In this document: positions 50,153 through 61,502 of the stretch, piece after piece
Position numbering within the stretch: the stretch's first letter is position 1
How the letters are laid out: every line of letters starts with the position of its first letter
NCBI GenBank assembly: GCA_963793425.1
Contig: CAWCAG010000001.1
Location: 1 to 64,000 of the forward strand
Length of the DNA: 64,000 nucleotides
Origin: an uncultured cyanobacterium
Lineage (GTDB): Bacteria; Cyanobacteriota; Cyanobacteriia; Cyanobacteriales; CAWCAG01
Direction: 5' to 3'
Translations under genes and position numbers: made by a program
Notes under the pieces: generated by a model
Told to the model about the DNA's origin: nothing
The model's database searches: none
The model's input: the letters and a program-made list of their open reading frames with translations, nothing else

Positions 50153-50779
50153 CTACTGTCTTTCCAGTTTACCCAACATAATTAAGCTTTCTAAATCTTC
50201 TGTGGCACTATCTAAATATTGTTCAACTACTTCCCTTACCTTTCCTAATTGCGAGTCTGTCGCCCCTCCTAACATACGGCTAATATCTGCTAAATCCTGG
50301 CTTCTTCCTGCCAATAATTTCATCAATACTAAATAGGGCAAATCTATAATCGGTAGACCATCAGGGGCATAATTAGGATTAGTTATCGCTTCTTTTGCCC
50401 AGGCTTCCCCCACCTCCAAAACATCTAAAGCTGTCCCATCTGTTAATTGCCATTGACTTCCTGCAATACTCAACTCGCCTATTTTTTGATTTCCTCCTTG
50501 TTCAAGATCCTCATAAACAAGTGCGGCATCTTCCAACTTTACTAAAATATCCAAATCCAACGTCATTCTTTCCGGCATATAAAGCCTAGTAGCAACCCCA
50601 CCAACCACCACAAAAGGAGCTTGTTTGATGATTTCATTCAGATTAGTCACAGCATGATTCCAAGTCCTTCGGTTTAAGAAATTTATACTACTTCCTGTTC
50701 CTGGCTGAACTCGTTTTTTAACTAAACGAATAAAATATTTGCGTCTTTCACTATGAGGATCAGCAATTGGTTGCTTCAT
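50153..50779 (-). CDS. Nucleotidyltransferase-fold protein
   Basis: VVGGVA...R.T.DLDILV and MKLLAGR.QDLAD motifs. Confidence 0.72.
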   Translation of the reverse strand: MKQPIADPHSERRKYFIRLVKKRVQPGTGSSINFLNRRTWNHAVTNLNEIIKQAPFVVVGGVATRLYMPERMTLDLDILVKLEDAALVYEDLEQGGNQKIGELSIAGSQWQLTDGTALDVLEVGEAWAKEAITNPNYAPDGLPIIDLPYLVLMKLLAGRSQDLADISRMLGGATDSQLGKVREVVEQYLDSATEDLESLIMLGKLERQ

Positions 50780-50782
50780 AAA

Positions 50783-51361
50783 TTATCCCATAGCCTGGAG
50801 AAATTCTGTTACCGCGTCATATTGGTCAGCATACATAATATACCGACTCAGTAGAGCAATATCTAACTTAGGCAACAATTCACTGTGGTTAACCTGCTCA
50901 TACTCTTCTCGTAAACAAAATATTTTTAGTAAGCCATCTTCCCAAAACCAAACTTCAGGAACACCTATTCGTTTATAAAACTGTAGCTTATCTATTCCTC
51001 CACTAGTAAAAATAACTTCAACTACCAAATCGGGAATCGCTTTTTTAGTTTCCAGGTTGTAGGATTCATCAGGTTCCTTTCTAGAATTTTGTTCTTTGCT
51101 TCCTAAAGTAGGACTACCTCTGCCGTAAAAACGTATGCCTTTATGCCTCATGTAAGCTTCAAGCAGCAAACCTATTGTTTTCTTCGCCTCCTCATGTTCT
51201 GGACTAGTAACCATAATCTCTAAAACGCCATCTAGGTAAGCTAGCTTTACTCCTGCTATCTTCTCAAACGCCGTTTCAATTAGCTCTAACTGTGACCAAC
51301 TAATTCCTGAAAAAGTAAGACACTGTTGTTGATTTTCTGGTGTAACTAGAGCTACCGTCAT
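50783..51361 (-). CDS. Uma2 family endonuclease
   Basis: YLDGVLEIM..SPEHE, EPDESY, PDLVVEV, GVPEVWFW. Confidence 0.9.
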   Translation of the reverse strand: MTVALVTPENQQQCLTFSGISWSQLELIETAFEKIAGVKLAYLDGVLEIMVTSPEHEEAKKTIGLLLEAYMRHKGIRFYGRGSPTLGSKEQNSRKEPDESYNLETKKAIPDLVVEVIFTSGGIDKLQFYKRIGVPEVWFWEDGLLKIFCLREEYEQVNHSELLPKLDIALLSRYIMYADQYDAVTEFLQAMG

Positions 51362-51380
51362 AAGCTACAAATATTTAATC

Positions 51381-51815
51381 TTAACCCATTGCCCCAAACT
51401 TCCTGATACCACATCCTATACGAGCTTGGCGACGGGTGAATTCCCCTACGGATGGGTTTCCTTCCGGATGAATCACCCCCATAGCTTGATGCCATAAATT
51501 TGGTGGCACAGGCTGAACTTCATATTCCCGCTCACCCTTCCTACAAATATGATACCACCGCGTTTCCTGACATAAAGGACACCAAAAGGCTTCTAGCCAC
51601 TCTCCATCTAAACGTATTGCTGTACGACTAGCTACCAACATCAGAGCCGATAAACGATTCATCCCTCGTGCGCGTAATATTTCTGCTGATTCTGTATAAA
51701 GAGAATACTTTTGGCTAACACTATCTAAAAAACAACCATGTTCTGGGCAGTAAATCCTTCGTCGCTGGGAGCGTTTCCGATTTCGGACACACTTCTTCTG
51801 CACTTCGGCCTCCAA
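51381..51815 (-). CDS. Hypothetical protein with CxxH/CxxC putative zinc ligands
   Basis: CPEH and CPLC motifs; start codon uncertain. Confidence 0.65.
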   Translation of the reverse strand: MEAEVQKKCVRNRKRSQRRRIYCPEHGCFLDSVSQKYSLYTESAEILRARGMNRLSALMLVASRTAIRLDGEWLEAFWCPLCQETRWYHICRKGEREYEVQPVPPNLWHQAMGVIHPEGNPSVGEFTRRQARIGCGIRKFGAMG

Positions 51816-51992
51816 TAAAATACCTCAATTCTGGACGAGTATTAAAATAAGAAGGTTGCGGCGAAGAGACTGAGATCAATAAGACCATCGAAGCCCACTT
51901 CAATTAATCTGAATAATGAATTTTCCTTTAGTACCATACACCATAATTCTAGTTTTGTGTTAATTAAATTCTCCAAGATGGGCTATGGCCCC

Positions 51993-52601
51993 CTATGAGG
52001 AGACAGAAGTAAGAAAACTACGTAGTATTCCCAGGATTTTCTCTAGATTTTTCAAAAAATATTCATCTAAATCCACTTCTATGCTTTTATCCGTTAAACG
52101 CATAAACTGCCATAAGCTTCCTGTAGTAACACTTCCATATATGGTTGTTATGTTTTTCCCTCTCGCTTCATTAAACATCTGAGCAGCAATCATCTCTGCC
52201 ATACATTGCCCTAAACCAGAGTTAAGATTATCATTTTTGACTTCAACCAAAATTGTCACGGGGGCTTCAATTATCAACTGAGAGGGAGAATTACTAATTA
52301 AGAAATCGCAAAATCCCGTCAAGCCCTTTTGTGCATTGACATTAAACTCCTTACCAGAAAAAATACTAACTTGGTCTTGGAGTTGTTTTTTGATTTCGAT
52401 GAGTATAGGTAAAATAATTGCTTCTGATTTGACTTTTTCCGTTGCGATCGCCAAAGCCAGAGGAATATTATATTTTAAAGTCTCTGCTAAAAAATCGCTA
52501 TATTGAACTTCTGGTACTTCGGCAAAAAGTCCAACTTTTTCTTGAATAGTAACGCTAAAGTCTTGTTGAACTTTTTCGAGGCTAAATTGGCTATAAGGCA
52601 T
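51993..52601 (-). CDS. Conserved cyanobacterial putative PD-(D/E)XK-fold protein
   Basis: Paralog of 29975..30571 (GFCDF, VEVK, GQCMAEM, GSVTTG). Confidence 0.75.
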   Translation of the reverse strand: MPYSQFSLEKVQQDFSVTIQEKVGLFAEVPEVQYSDFLAETLKYNIPLALAIATEKVKSEAIILPILIEIKKQLQDQVSIFSGKEFNVNAQKGLTGFCDFLISNSPSQLIIEAPVTILVEVKNDNLNSGLGQCMAEMIAAQMFNEARGKNITTIYGSVTTGSLWQFMRLTDKSIEVDLDEYFLKNLEKILGILRSFLTSVSS

Positions 52602-52603
52602 GA

Positions 52604-53380
52604 CTAACGCAGTAGTTTCTCTCGCAACAATCCATCTGCCCAAACTTGGTCTTCTCCTTTCAAAGGGGGTATTGCTTCAATGGTGTAATTTAAAGTAAGA
52701 TCGAAGCTAGCCCTTTCGTAAACTTGTTCTAAGACGGTTTGCAAATTTACCAAAGGTTCTTGGTCTTCTGAACGTAATGGCAGTGGAAAAGAAGGAATTT
52801 CTTCCCGGACACCAAACAAATAAAGTTCAGCAAAGGGTCGTTTGTTACTACGACTTATTAAAATACTATAATCTCCAGGTGACCTCTGTTCCAAAATTTC
52901 CATTGGCTTTCCCCTTCGGAGTAGATCAATCTCAATTAAATGGGTTAAGCTACCTAATACTTCTAAGCGTTTTCTTTCATAGGTTGCTCGTCCTACTCCT
53001 GGACGCTTGTTCTTCGGTGATAAAATTTCTATGGCTGTTACCACTGCTTCTGTACTAATTTCTCGAATTTCCAGGTAACTTTCCCGAAACTCCTCTGGCA
53101 TTGGTGTTCTAACTGTTATAGCTTTAGTCTCTTGCAAAAGAGTTGTTGAAGATGGCTCTTTTTCAGTTACCTTTTTAGAAGAGATAGTAACATCAGGCAA
53201 ACCAATTAAAGCTGACTCAGCCCTGTCAATATAGGTTCGTTTCTCTACCGCCACTCGATACTTTGGCCGTAATTGGGGCCCAAGAATATCTGCTAGGTTA
53301 ACAATAAGGCGATTATGAACTTCTGACCACAATTGGGGATGTTCTAAATAAGGATTCATGCCAGGAAAAGGATAAGGCAT
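52604..53380 (-). CDS. DUF4058 family protein
   Basis: PFPGMNPYLE, IEILSP.NK, HLIEIDLLR.G. Confidence 0.88.
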   Translation of the reverse strand: MPYPFPGMNPYLEHPQLWSEVHNRLIVNLADILGPQLRPKYRVAVEKRTYIDRAESALIGLPDVTISSKKVTEKEPSSTTLLQETKAITVRTPMPEEFRESYLEIREISTEAVVTAIEILSPKNKRPGVGRATYERKRLEVLGSLTHLIEIDLLRRGKPMEILEQRSPGDYSILISRSNKRPFAELYLFGVREEIPSFPLPLRSEDQEPLVNLQTVLEQVYERASFDLTLNYTIEAIPPLKGEDQVWADGLLREKLLR

Positions 53381-53441
53381 ATTCAAAATATTTTTTCTCA
53401 ATTAAAAGCCCTCACTTATCCTAACAAAATTACCGGGCAAA

Positions 53442-54143
53442 CTAGTCTTTTCCATTACCCGCAATCTTGTCAACAAAAGCCTGATGTTCTTCTGAATTTA
53501 AGCCTTCTTGCAGTACAGTTAAAACTTGCTGCATTTCTCCTTTTAAAAGTGCCTGTACATCCAAATTTAAACCAGGAAAAACTGAACTAGTTAAGATACC
53601 AGAAGTATTGGTTGGCTGTTGTTGATATTCCCCTTCTTTTAAAACATACCAACGGAACTGCTTTTCTGGCACAATCCAAACCAGATATTCCTGTACACCA
53701 TTACGACGATAGACTTGCAATTTATCATACAAATCATAAGAAGCACTACTAGCGGCCACCTCAACAATTAACTCTGGTGCGCCTTCTATGTAATCATCTT
53801 CATCAATTCGAGATTGTCCCCCACAAGCCTCATTTAAGCGCAGCAAAGCATCTGGCTGGGGTTCATTGTCTAAATCTAAGCGCACTGTGGCATTATCTGC
53901 TAATTCAACCCCAGGTGTAGCAACTTTATAAGTACCTAGCCAAATCATTATGTCTGCATGGGGTTCAGCATGACGCTTGATTCTCACAGGTGATGCCACG
54001 TAAACAACTCCTTCTATTAATTCTGCTTTTTTCTGGTGAGGCATAAGCTGATAAAGCCGCTCAAATTCTTTGCGACTTAGGCGATCGCCATTTTCAAAAG
54101 CAGTATTTTGGGGTGAAAGAGTCAGATTAGAGTTCATTTCCAA
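53442..54143 (-). CDS. Uma2 family endonuclease
   Basis: ENGDRL, AELIEG, EPQPD, PELIVEV, GVQEY. Confidence 0.9.
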   Translation of the reverse strand: MEMNSNLTLSPQNTAFENGDRLSRKEFERLYQLMPHQKKAELIEGVVYVASPVRIKRHAEPHADIMIWLGTYKVATPGVELADNATVRLDLDNEPQPDALLRLNEACGGQSRIDEDDYIEGAPELIVEVAASSASYDLYDKLQVYRRNGVQEYLVWIVPEKQFRWYVLKEGEYQQQPTNTSGILTSSVFPGLNLDVQALLKGEMQQVLTVLQEGLNSEEHQAFVDKIAGNGKD

Positions 54144-54706
54144 ACCTCCGTTAAATCCAAAATAAAACCAGGTAAAACATCTTCTCCGGAGACACTTTGA
54201 GGATGTTCTAATACTTCCTTATCAACGCCAGGGCGGTAAATTTCTACTCTCCGGTTTTTCCTATCTAACAACAAACCCAAACGAGTACCATTGTCAAGAT
54301 ACTCCTGCATTTTTTCTTGTAATTTCTTTAGGCTATCTGAAGACGAACGTAATTCAATAACAAAATCAGGACACAAAGGAGCAAAACCTTCTTGCTGTTC
54401 TAAGGTAAGATTGTCCCATCTTGGCTGACTTACCCAAGCCGCATCAGGGGCGCGAATTGCACCATTAGGGAGCGTAAAGCCGCTTGAAGAATTAAACGCC
54501 TTACCTAACTGGTTTTGACGATTCCATAACCATAGTTGCCCTTCAATATCTAAGTTGCGATTGCCGGTAATACTTCCCGTTGGTGGCATAACTACTAACT
54601 CTCCTGTGGCTGTTAATTCTAACTGCCAATCTCGATTAACCCTTGCTAATTGGGCAAATTGTTCATGGGTTATTTTAAAGGTTTCAGGGATTGTTAAATT
54701 AACCAT
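54134..54706 (-). CDS. Uma2 family endonuclease
   Basis: GELVVMPP, APDAAWV, CPDFVIELRS. Confidence 0.9.
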   Translation of the reverse strand: MVNLTIPETFKITHEQFAQLARVNRDWQLELTATGELVVMPPTGSITGNRNLDIEGQLWLWNRQNQLGKAFNSSSGFTLPNGAIRAPDAAWVSQPRWDNLTLEQQEGFAPLCPDFVIELRSSSDSLKKLQEKMQEYLDNGTRLGLLLDRKNRRVEIYRPGVDKEVLEHPQSVSGEDVLPGFILDLTEVWK

Positions 54707-54842
54707 GTTAAACGAAGTTCTTTAGGTTTCAAGCAAAACGAAATAAGAGGTAAACGTTACTTTTACTGTATCTTAGGCTAACGAAAAGTGAAAAAAGAAA
54801 ACCCAGAGAGAAGGAAAAGTAAATTTGGTGAAATAGAAGTTT

Positions 54843-56456
54843 TTACCATTCCCGAAAAGAAGAATTCCTTTTCTCCCAATCATCTTCTACCCTTTCCAAT
54901 TCAACTTCAATTTCCGCTTCTAATTCGTTTTCAATAGGAAGATGATCTTTGAGAGGTTTAACTACTTTAACGATGGCATCCTGAACAAAAGACTTAAGAA
55001 ATTCATCCTTGCGAGAAAGCTGAAATTGCCTTTGTACAACCTCGGTTATGCCCCCGTCTCCCCAATCTTGATCGTGGCGAAAATATTCAATGAAACTTTT
55101 GCCGGCGATGCGAGTTAAATAAGCGGCGGTTACTCCTTGAATCGCTTTACCAATTAGGTAGGTAGCTACGTTTAATTGTAAAACCCTCGCAATTAATTCC
55201 GTTGCCCCTTTAACTACCCCCAAACTAACTAAAGTTTTACCTAAAGAAAGGGCTAATTCTCTTCCCCTTTCTACATTTAATTCACAACCATAAATGCGAC
55301 CAATTTCTACTACCATTTGGGCATTAACAGCAGCGGTGGCTAACATATCAATTACTGGTAAAGGAGTAACAGCAATCACCCCTGCCCCAATCCACTGAAA
55401 GCGTTCGATAATTTTATCTGCTTGCTTGCGACGCTGTTTGTCAATAAGCTTGCGGGCTTCTTCTCCTAAACGCTGGGATTGTAAGAGGATGTTATCTGCA
55501 ACTAAGTCTTCTCCTTCAGCCCGTAAGACCGCTGCAAGGCGTTTAATGAGGGGCATTACTTCTGACTCTGGTTTGACTATTTCTCCGCTTTCTAAGGGAA
55601 TAGGTTGAGGGTTCGCGGCGATCGCCACTAAATCTGAAGCGGCGATGAAACCTTTGATTCTTTCCCTTAATCTTGCTAAAATCACTTCTTGATCTTGTTG
55701 GGAATAGAGGTCAGTTTTGTTTAAAACTAATAGCGATCGCTTACCAATTTCTGCTAAAGCTTTTAAGGGTTGATATTCTGATTGACGTAAGTCGTTATCA
55801 ACAATAAATAATAGTAAGTCTGCTTCTGTGGCTAACTGTCTGGCTAACTCTTCTCGTTCCGTTCCGGCAATGCCTGCTTCTAATATACCTGGTGTATCTG
55901 TAACTAAAATATCTCGACTCAAACCGCGCATTTTCATGCAATAGGTTTCCCCCACTTGGGTAGTTCCCATGGGGGCATTAACTTCCCCAACTACCCTACC
56001 AATTAAACTATTTACCACAGAAGTTTTACCCGCCGAACCTGTACCAAAAACAACAACCCGTAACTCTCCCCTAGCCAAATTTGCTTCAATTTCCCGTGAA
56101 CGACTTAACAAAGCTTGGCGAGTTACTTCGTCTTGAACTTGCGTTACTTGCTGTTGAATCGCTTTTAAATTTTCTTCTGCTGCTTCGGTTTTTTGTTCCG
56201 GCAATCTGGCGGCAATACGTCGCATCTGTTGCTTTTTACTGGAACGTCGATTAGGAGAAGCATAGAAGTAGTAAATAAATACCCCAACTAACAGCCCCAA
56301 CAAAGTGATTATTAGCAATAACAGCAGAAAAGCGAGAAATGGTGAGGTGAAAGAAGCTTGCCAATAAAGTCGATGCAGGGCAATAATCAGCCAAATAACC
56401 AGCCCCAAAATGAGACTGAGGCCAATAATTAAAGTGAGTAAACGAGACAGGGGCAT
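54843..56456 (-). CDS. Membrane-anchored GTPase with YcjF/DUF697 domain
   Basis: Two N-terminal TM helices, GTGSAGKT, DTPG, NKTD, PLPVID. Confidence 0.85.
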   Translation of the reverse strand: MPLSRLLTLIIGLSLILGLVIWLIIALHRLYWQASFTSPFLAFLLLLLIITLLGLLVGVFIYYFYASPNRRSSKKQQMRRIAARLPEQKTEAAEENLKAIQQQVTQVQDEVTRQALLSRSREIEANLARGELRVVVFGTGSAGKTSVVNSLIGRVVGEVNAPMGTTQVGETYCMKMRGLSRDILVTDTPGILEAGIAGTEREELARQLATEADLLLFIVDNDLRQSEYQPLKALAEIGKRSLLVLNKTDLYSQQDQEVILARLRERIKGFIAASDLVAIAANPQPIPLESGEIVKPESEVMPLIKRLAAVLRAEGEDLVADNILLQSQRLGEEARKLIDKQRRKQADKIIERFQWIGAGVIAVTPLPVIDMLATAAVNAQMVVEIGRIYGCELNVERGRELALSLGKTLVSLGVVKGATELIARVLQLNVATYLIGKAIQGVTAAYLTRIAGKSFIEYFRHDQDWGDGGITEVVQRQFQLSRKDEFLKSFVQDAIVKVVKPLKDHLPIENELEAEIEVELERVEDDWEKRNSSFREW

Positions 56457-56513
56457 TACACTAAATTTAGCTTTGCTTGCATGGGTTATTGATGGGGGTA
56501 GGGAAAGAGCAAA

Positions 56514-56543
56514 AGTAATAAGTAATAAGTAATAAGTAATAAG
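56514..56543. repeat. Heptamer tandem repeat (AGTAATA)4, STRR-like
   Basis: Same unit as 24380-24409, on the opposite strand. Confidence 0.85.
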
Positions 56544-56576
56544 TTCGACATATATACAATCATGATAAATTGATGA

Positions 56577-59102
56577 TTGATAATTGATTTCGGGTGCATC
56601 GTGTTTTCTAAAGTATTTACTCCTTTGCTAAGTTTAGGTTTAGCTAGTATTAGCTATGGGGCGATCGCAAATCCTCTTAATCCGACAGTAGTTAATGGTA
56701 GGGTTGAGTTTCAGGGTTTGGGGACAGAAAATTTACAGATTACTAATTCTCCTGGGGCGATTATTAATTGGCAAGACTTTTCCATTAACAATGGGGAAAT
56801 AACTCGCTTTTTACAAGAAAACTCTCAAAGTGCCATTCTCAACCGCGTTACTGGAATTAATCCTTCTCAGATTTTTGGTACTTTACAATCGAATGGGGCA
56901 GTCTTTTTAATTAATGGTAACGGTATTTTGGTGGGCAGTGGGGCAGTAGTTGATCTACAAAGTTTAGTTCTTTCTACTTTAAATATAAGTGATCAAGATT
57001 TTCTCAACGGTAATTATCAGTTTAACCAGATTGGTAATGGTAGTCCGATTGTGGTAGAAAATGGGGCGCAAATTACGACGGTTAATGGGGGTCAGGTTTG
57101 GTTATTAGCAAAAACCATTAATCACCAAGGACAGATTACCACCCCCACAGGACAAACTATTTTAGCAGCGGGGACTCAGGTAAAAGTATCCGAGTCTGCT
57201 TTGGGGAGAATGGTTTTCAACCTGACAACTGATGGTAGCAACAGTGTTGAACAGTTAGGAGAAATTGCCGTACAACAGGGAGTTGTGGCACTATTCGCTG
57301 ATCATATTGCTGTAGAGGATAACGCGAGAATTAGTGCTGATGGTATTGGGAATAGCAATGGTGGACAGGTAATTATTCAAGCAGCCAACCAGTTAACCAT
57401 TGCTGGGCAAGCAGAAGTATCTGCTGATGGAGGCTTAAGCGGGGGCGATGGCGGTACTGTTACTTTAACCGCTTATGATTTGCAAGTATCCCCTGTTGCC
57501 AATAGTTATAGCAATGTTCGTGCCAACCGTCGCCACAGTAGCGGGGCTAATGGTACGGTGAGTTTAACGGAGACGGGAAGCCATGATTTAATTCCTGTAG
57601 GTGGCGAATTTGCTGTTAATACTTTTACCGATGAAGGGCAAGATACCGCCGATGTTACCGCTTTAAAGGATGGTGGTTTTGTGGTGGTCTGGGAAAGTGA
57701 AGATCAAGATGGTAGTGTTCAAGGGGTTTATGGGCAGATTTATGATCAGCAAAATAGTAAGGTGGGAGGAGAGTTTCAAATCAACACAGCTACTACTAAC
57801 TCCCAAGAAGATCCTCATGTTACTGCTTTGAGGGATGGTAATTTTGTAGTGGTTTGGGAAAGTAATAATCAAGATGGCAACAATCGCGGGGTTTATGGAC
57901 AGATTTATGATAGTCAAGGTAGTAAGGTGGCAGGGGAGTTTCAAATTAATACCACTACTAACAACTCCCAGGAAAATCCTAGTGTAACCAACTTAGCTGA
58001 CGGCGGATTTATGGTTACTTGGGAAAGTCGGGGGCAGGATGGTGATGGAGATGGTATTTATGGACAGCGTTACAACAGCAACGGCAATGTGATTGGTAAT
58101 GAATTTCCGATTAACACCACTACTAACAATGATCAAACTGTTCCTACGGTAGTTGGTTTAGGCGATGGTGGTTTTGTTACTATTTGGGTTAGCAGAGATC
58201 AAGATGGTAGCGGAGAGGGAATTTACACTCAACGTTTTGATGGGAGTAGTAATCCTGTCGGGAATGAGTTACAGGTTAATACAGAAACCATTAATGCCCA
58301 AAGAGATCCTCATATCACTGGTTTAAACGATGGTAGCTTTGTTGTTACCTGGGAAAGCAATGATCAAGATGGTGATGGTAAAGGGGTTTATGCCCAAGTT
58401 TATGATCTTAACAGCAACACTATCAGCAACGAAATTCAAGTTAATTCCTTCATCACCCAAAGCCAAGAAAACCCCAAAGCTACAGCCTTAGCAGATGGTG
58501 GTTTTGTGATCGCTTGGGAAAGTTTAGGACAAGATGGTAGCAGTGATGGGGTTTATGGGCAACGTTATGATCGCCAAGGAAATAAAATTGGTAGCGAGTT
58601 TGCCATCAACACCACTACTAACGATGCCCAAACTAACCCTTCCCTAATTGGTTTAGCTAATGGGGGCTTGGTGGTAGTTTGGGCAAGCAAGGAACAAGAT
58701 GGTAGTAGTACAGGAATTTATGGGCAAAGCTTCAGTAAAAATGTTGTGATCGCCCCTCTTGGGGCAACTCTAACCAGGGAGTTGGGGCAGTTTCCTAATT
58801 TTGATACTATTGCTGATACTAGTGATAATGTTTTGATTGTTCCTATGATGCCGACAATTCCGACAGGACAATCTTTACCCACTATCATACCAACAATTCC
58901 CGTAACAAACTTATCACCTAACTCGTCTCCTAGCTTGCCAGAAACAACCAACTTAGTTGCCCCCTTCTGTTTTGACTTCAACCTGGCACAACCCAGTTTT
59001 CGCCCCGAATATTGTCAAATCAACAGAGTTTGGTATCACTCTTCAGGTTCAACCCAGCGATCATCAGCTTTAATCAAACTAATCAACTCTTTTACCCCCT
59101 GA
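56577..59102 (+). CDS. Filamentous-haemagglutinin N-terminal (TPS) domain exoprotein with seven 55-aa repeats
   Basis: Signal-like N-terminus, [27 protein letters not shown]; seven EFxIN...DGGFVVxW...DG...G[VI]Y repeats. Confidence 0.85.
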   Translation: MIIDFGCIVFSKVFTPLLSLGLASISYGAIANPLNPTVVNGRVEFQGLGTENLQITNSPGAIINWQDFSINNGEITRFLQENSQSAILNRVTGINPSQIFGTLQSNGAVFLINGNGILVGSGAVVDLQSLVLSTLNISDQDFLNGNYQFNQIGNGSPIVVENGAQITTVNGGQVWLLAKTINHQGQITTPTGQTILAAGTQVKVSESALGRMVFNLTTDGSNSVEQLGEIAVQQGVVALFADHIAVEDNARISADGIGNSNGGQVIIQAANQLTIAGQAEVSADGGLSGGDGGTVTLTAYDLQVSPVANSYSNVRANRRHSSGANGTVSLTETGSHDLIPVGGEFAVNTFTDEGQDTADVTALKDGGFVVVWESEDQDGSVQGVYGQIYDQQNSKVGGEFQINTATTNSQEDPHVTALRDGNFVVVWESNNQDGNNRGVYGQIYDSQGSKVAGEFQINTTTNNSQENPSVTNLADGGFMVTWESRGQDGDGDGIYGQRYNSNGNVIGNEFPINTTTNNDQTVPTVVGLGDGGFVTIWVSRDQDGSGEGIYTQRFDGSSNPVGNELQVNTETINAQRDPHITGLNDGSFVVTWESNDQDGDGKGVYAQVYDLNSNTISNEIQVNSFITQSQENPKATALADGGFVIAWESLGQDGSSDGVYGQRYDRQGNKIGSEFAINTTTNDAQTNPSLIGLANGGLVVVWASKEQDGSSTGIYGQSFSKNVVIAPLGATLTRELGQFPNFDTIADTSDNVLIVPMMPTIPTGQSLPTIIPTIPVTNLSPNSSPSLPETTNLVAPFCFDFNLAQPSFRPEYCQINRVWYHSSGSTQRSSALIKLINSFTP

Positions 59103-60256
59103 TCCTCTGGTACTTTCTTAATCTCTTCTCGCCCTCGATATAGAGATATATAACCTGGTTGCTTGCCAACATAACCATAATCTGCATCAGCCATTTCTCC
59201 TGGCCCATTCACGATACAACCCATCACCGCAATATCTAAACCAGTCAGATGTTTAGTTGCTTCGCGAACCTTAGCTAAAACTTCTTCGAGGTTAAATAAA
59301 GTTCTACCACAAGAAGGACAAGCAACATACTCAACCATCGTCTTCCGTAAGCCCAAAGCTTGGAGAATGCTGTAACAAACAGGAATCTCTTTTTCTGGGG
59401 CTTCTGTTAAGGAAACGCGGATTGTATCACCGATACCTTCTGCTAATAAAGTACCAATTCCCGCCGTAGATTTGATCCTTCCATATTCCCCATCCCCTGC
59501 TTCTGTAACTCCTAAATGGAGAGGATAAGCCATACCCAACTCATTCATTCGCTTAACCATTAAGCGATAAGCTGCTAGCATAACAGGAACTCGCGAAGCT
59601 TTAAGAGAAAGAACTAAATTATAAAAATCTAGTGACTCACAAATTTTAATAAATTCTAGGGCGGATTCTACCATTCCTTCTGGAGTATCGCCGTAGGTAA
59701 ACAACATTCTTTCAGCTAAAGAGCCATGGTTAACCCCAATACGCATAGCTTTCCCTTGATCCCGTAAAGAAATTACCAAAGGTTCTAAGGTTTGACGAAT
59801 CTTCTGCCCAATTTCATTAAATTCGGCTTCAGTATATTCGTTGCGATCTGTCTTTGGTTTCTCAAAGACATAGAGTCCTGGATTAATCCGCACCTTATCA
59901 ACGTGCTTAGCCACCTCCAAGGCAATTTTCATGCCGTTGTGGTGGACATCAGCTACCAAAGGAACTGTTTGATAAGTTTGGGTTAATTTTGCCCTAATTT
60001 CCCTTAAAGCCTTAGCATGAGCCATGCTAGGTACGGTAACACGGACAATTTCGCAACCAATCTCATGAAGACGGCGTATAGCGGCAACGGAGCCATCTAT
60101 ATCTAAGGTATCTTCATTAATCATTGATTGCACCACTACTGGATTTCCGCCGCCAATAGTAATGTCACCCACTCTTACCGGATGAGTTTTGCGCCGTACA
60201 ATAGCGGTATCGATGGGAGCGGTGATAATAGTTTGAGGATTTTCGAGAGTTTGCAT
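59036..60256 (-). CDS. ispG: (E)-4-hydroxy-3-methylbut-2-enyl diphosphate synthase
   Basis: [43 protein letters not shown]. Confidence 0.97.
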   Translation of the reverse strand: MQTLENPQTIITAPIDTAIVRRKTHPVRVGDITIGGGNPVVVQSMINEDTLDIDGSVAAIRRLHEIGCEIVRVTVPSMAHAKALREIRAKLTQTYQTVPLVADVHHNGMKIALEVAKHVDKVRINPGLYVFEKPKTDRNEYTEAEFNEIGQKIRQTLEPLVISLRDQGKAMRIGVNHGSLAERMLFTYGDTPEGMVESALEFIKICESLDFYNLVLSLKASRVPVMLAAYRLMVKRMNELGMAYPLHLGVTEAGDGEYGRIKSTAGIGTLLAEGIGDTIRVSLTEAPEKEIPVCYSILQALGLRKTMVEYVACPSCGRTLFNLEEVLAKVREATKHLTGLDIAVMGCIVNGPGEMADADYGYVGKQPGYISLYRGREEIKKVPEDQGVKELISLIKADDRWVEPEE

Positions 60257-60405
60257 AACCTGTAGGCTGAATTTTCCTTTAAAAGTATCAGCTATGTTTT
60301 TTCTTTATTGTCTCAGGTTGCTGACTTGCTTGCAGAGATTTTGACAAAATTCATACTAAAGCGGCCCCTTGTTGACTTCCAGATTTATTGTTAATTATTA
60401 GCCAG

Positions 60406-61227
60406 TCATAAAGAGCTAGAATCTAGACTTTCGGCTTCATCAAAGGTTTGGGGTAAATGAATGCCGCATTCTTGCTTAAGCCCTTGGAAACGGGTATCCC
60501 TTTCGTGTCCGTCGTCTGGGGTAAAGGGGCGGCTAGAGTGCCAATCGCCCACGGTAGTATAGCCTTGGTCAAAGAAGGGGTGATAAGGCATATCATTAGT
60601 AGTCAGGTATTGATACACATCCTTGGCATTCCAGTCAAGTATAGGTAAAATTTTGTAGATATCTGATTGGATGCCCACAAAAGGTAGATTTTTGCGGTGA
60701 TCGGTTTGGTGGCTTCTTAATCCTGCTAACCAAGCTGTAGCCCCTAATTCCTTTAAAGCCCTTTGCATTGGCTCTACTTTGCGGATTTGATCGTAGAGAT
60801 TGAAAGCTTCTACAGTCCCTTTTTCCCAAAGACGGCCATAAATAGCTTCCATACGGGCTGGACTAATAGAGGATTGATAAACCTTTAAGTTTAAGTTGAG
60901 GCGTTTGCTTAACTCTTCAGCAAATTTGTAGGTTTCTGGGGGGAGATAGCCTGTATCGACCCAGATGATGGGAATATTGGGTACTATCCTCGTGACGAGA
61001 TGCAACATAACCGCTGCTTGAATGCCAAAGCTTGTGGTCATGACTAACCCATCACCAAAAGTATCTGTAGCCCACTGAACTATTTGATGAGCATCAGCTC
61101 CAGCAAACTGTTTGTTGATAAAATCTATGTCTATTTCTGTAGGGTTTGACTCCATGGAAGTAGTCGATTCTCGGTGGTTTGATCGCCTCTGGCTGGGGTC
61201 AGAAATGCTTAGATTTAGTTGTGGCAT
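60406..61227 (-). CDS. cysH: Phosphoadenylyl-sulfate (PAPS) reductase
   Basis: TSFG, DTGY, RKVEP, GY.TVGD, ECGIH; no CC/CxxC Fe-S motif. Confidence 0.93.
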   Translation of the reverse strand: MPQLNLSISDPSQRRSNHRESTTSMESNPTEIDIDFINKQFAGADAHQIVQWATDTFGDGLVMTTSFGIQAAVMLHLVTRIVPNIPIIWVDTGYLPPETYKFAEELSKRLNLNLKVYQSSISPARMEAIYGRLWEKGTVEAFNLYDQIRKVEPMQRALKELGATAWLAGLRSHQTDHRKNLPFVGIQSDIYKILPILDWNAKDVYQYLTTNDMPYHPFFDQGYTTVGDWHSSRPFTPDDGHERDTRFQGLKQECGIHLPQTFDEAESLDSSSL

Positions 61228-61502
61228 AATTTTTCTTCTGGTTCAGTTGCAAAGAAATTTGCGATCGCCTGGTTAGTCTATGTTCCAGAGCATTTTTAGC
61301 TCAATATTTGTTGGAGTAGTTGCACTTTCTTTGATTTAGTTTAATTTCTCAACAAATTACAGCAACTTAGCTAATTTTAATTAGTTCAAGATAAATAAGT
61401 AAAATTTAATAATACTTGATGACTACTCCAAACTTATCAAAGAATACTTTACCAGTTTGTAAGTTATTAATAGAGTAAATTAAGATTGTTTTTCTTGATT
61501 AA

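Noticed and set aside
26933..54706. Integron cassette array
   Set aside because: No integrase and no recurring attC-like site seen; shared spacer words look like ordinary -10 promoter elements.
57600..58740. 165-bp DNA repeats as a non-coding array
   Set aside because: They are in-frame protein repeats with synonymous divergence.
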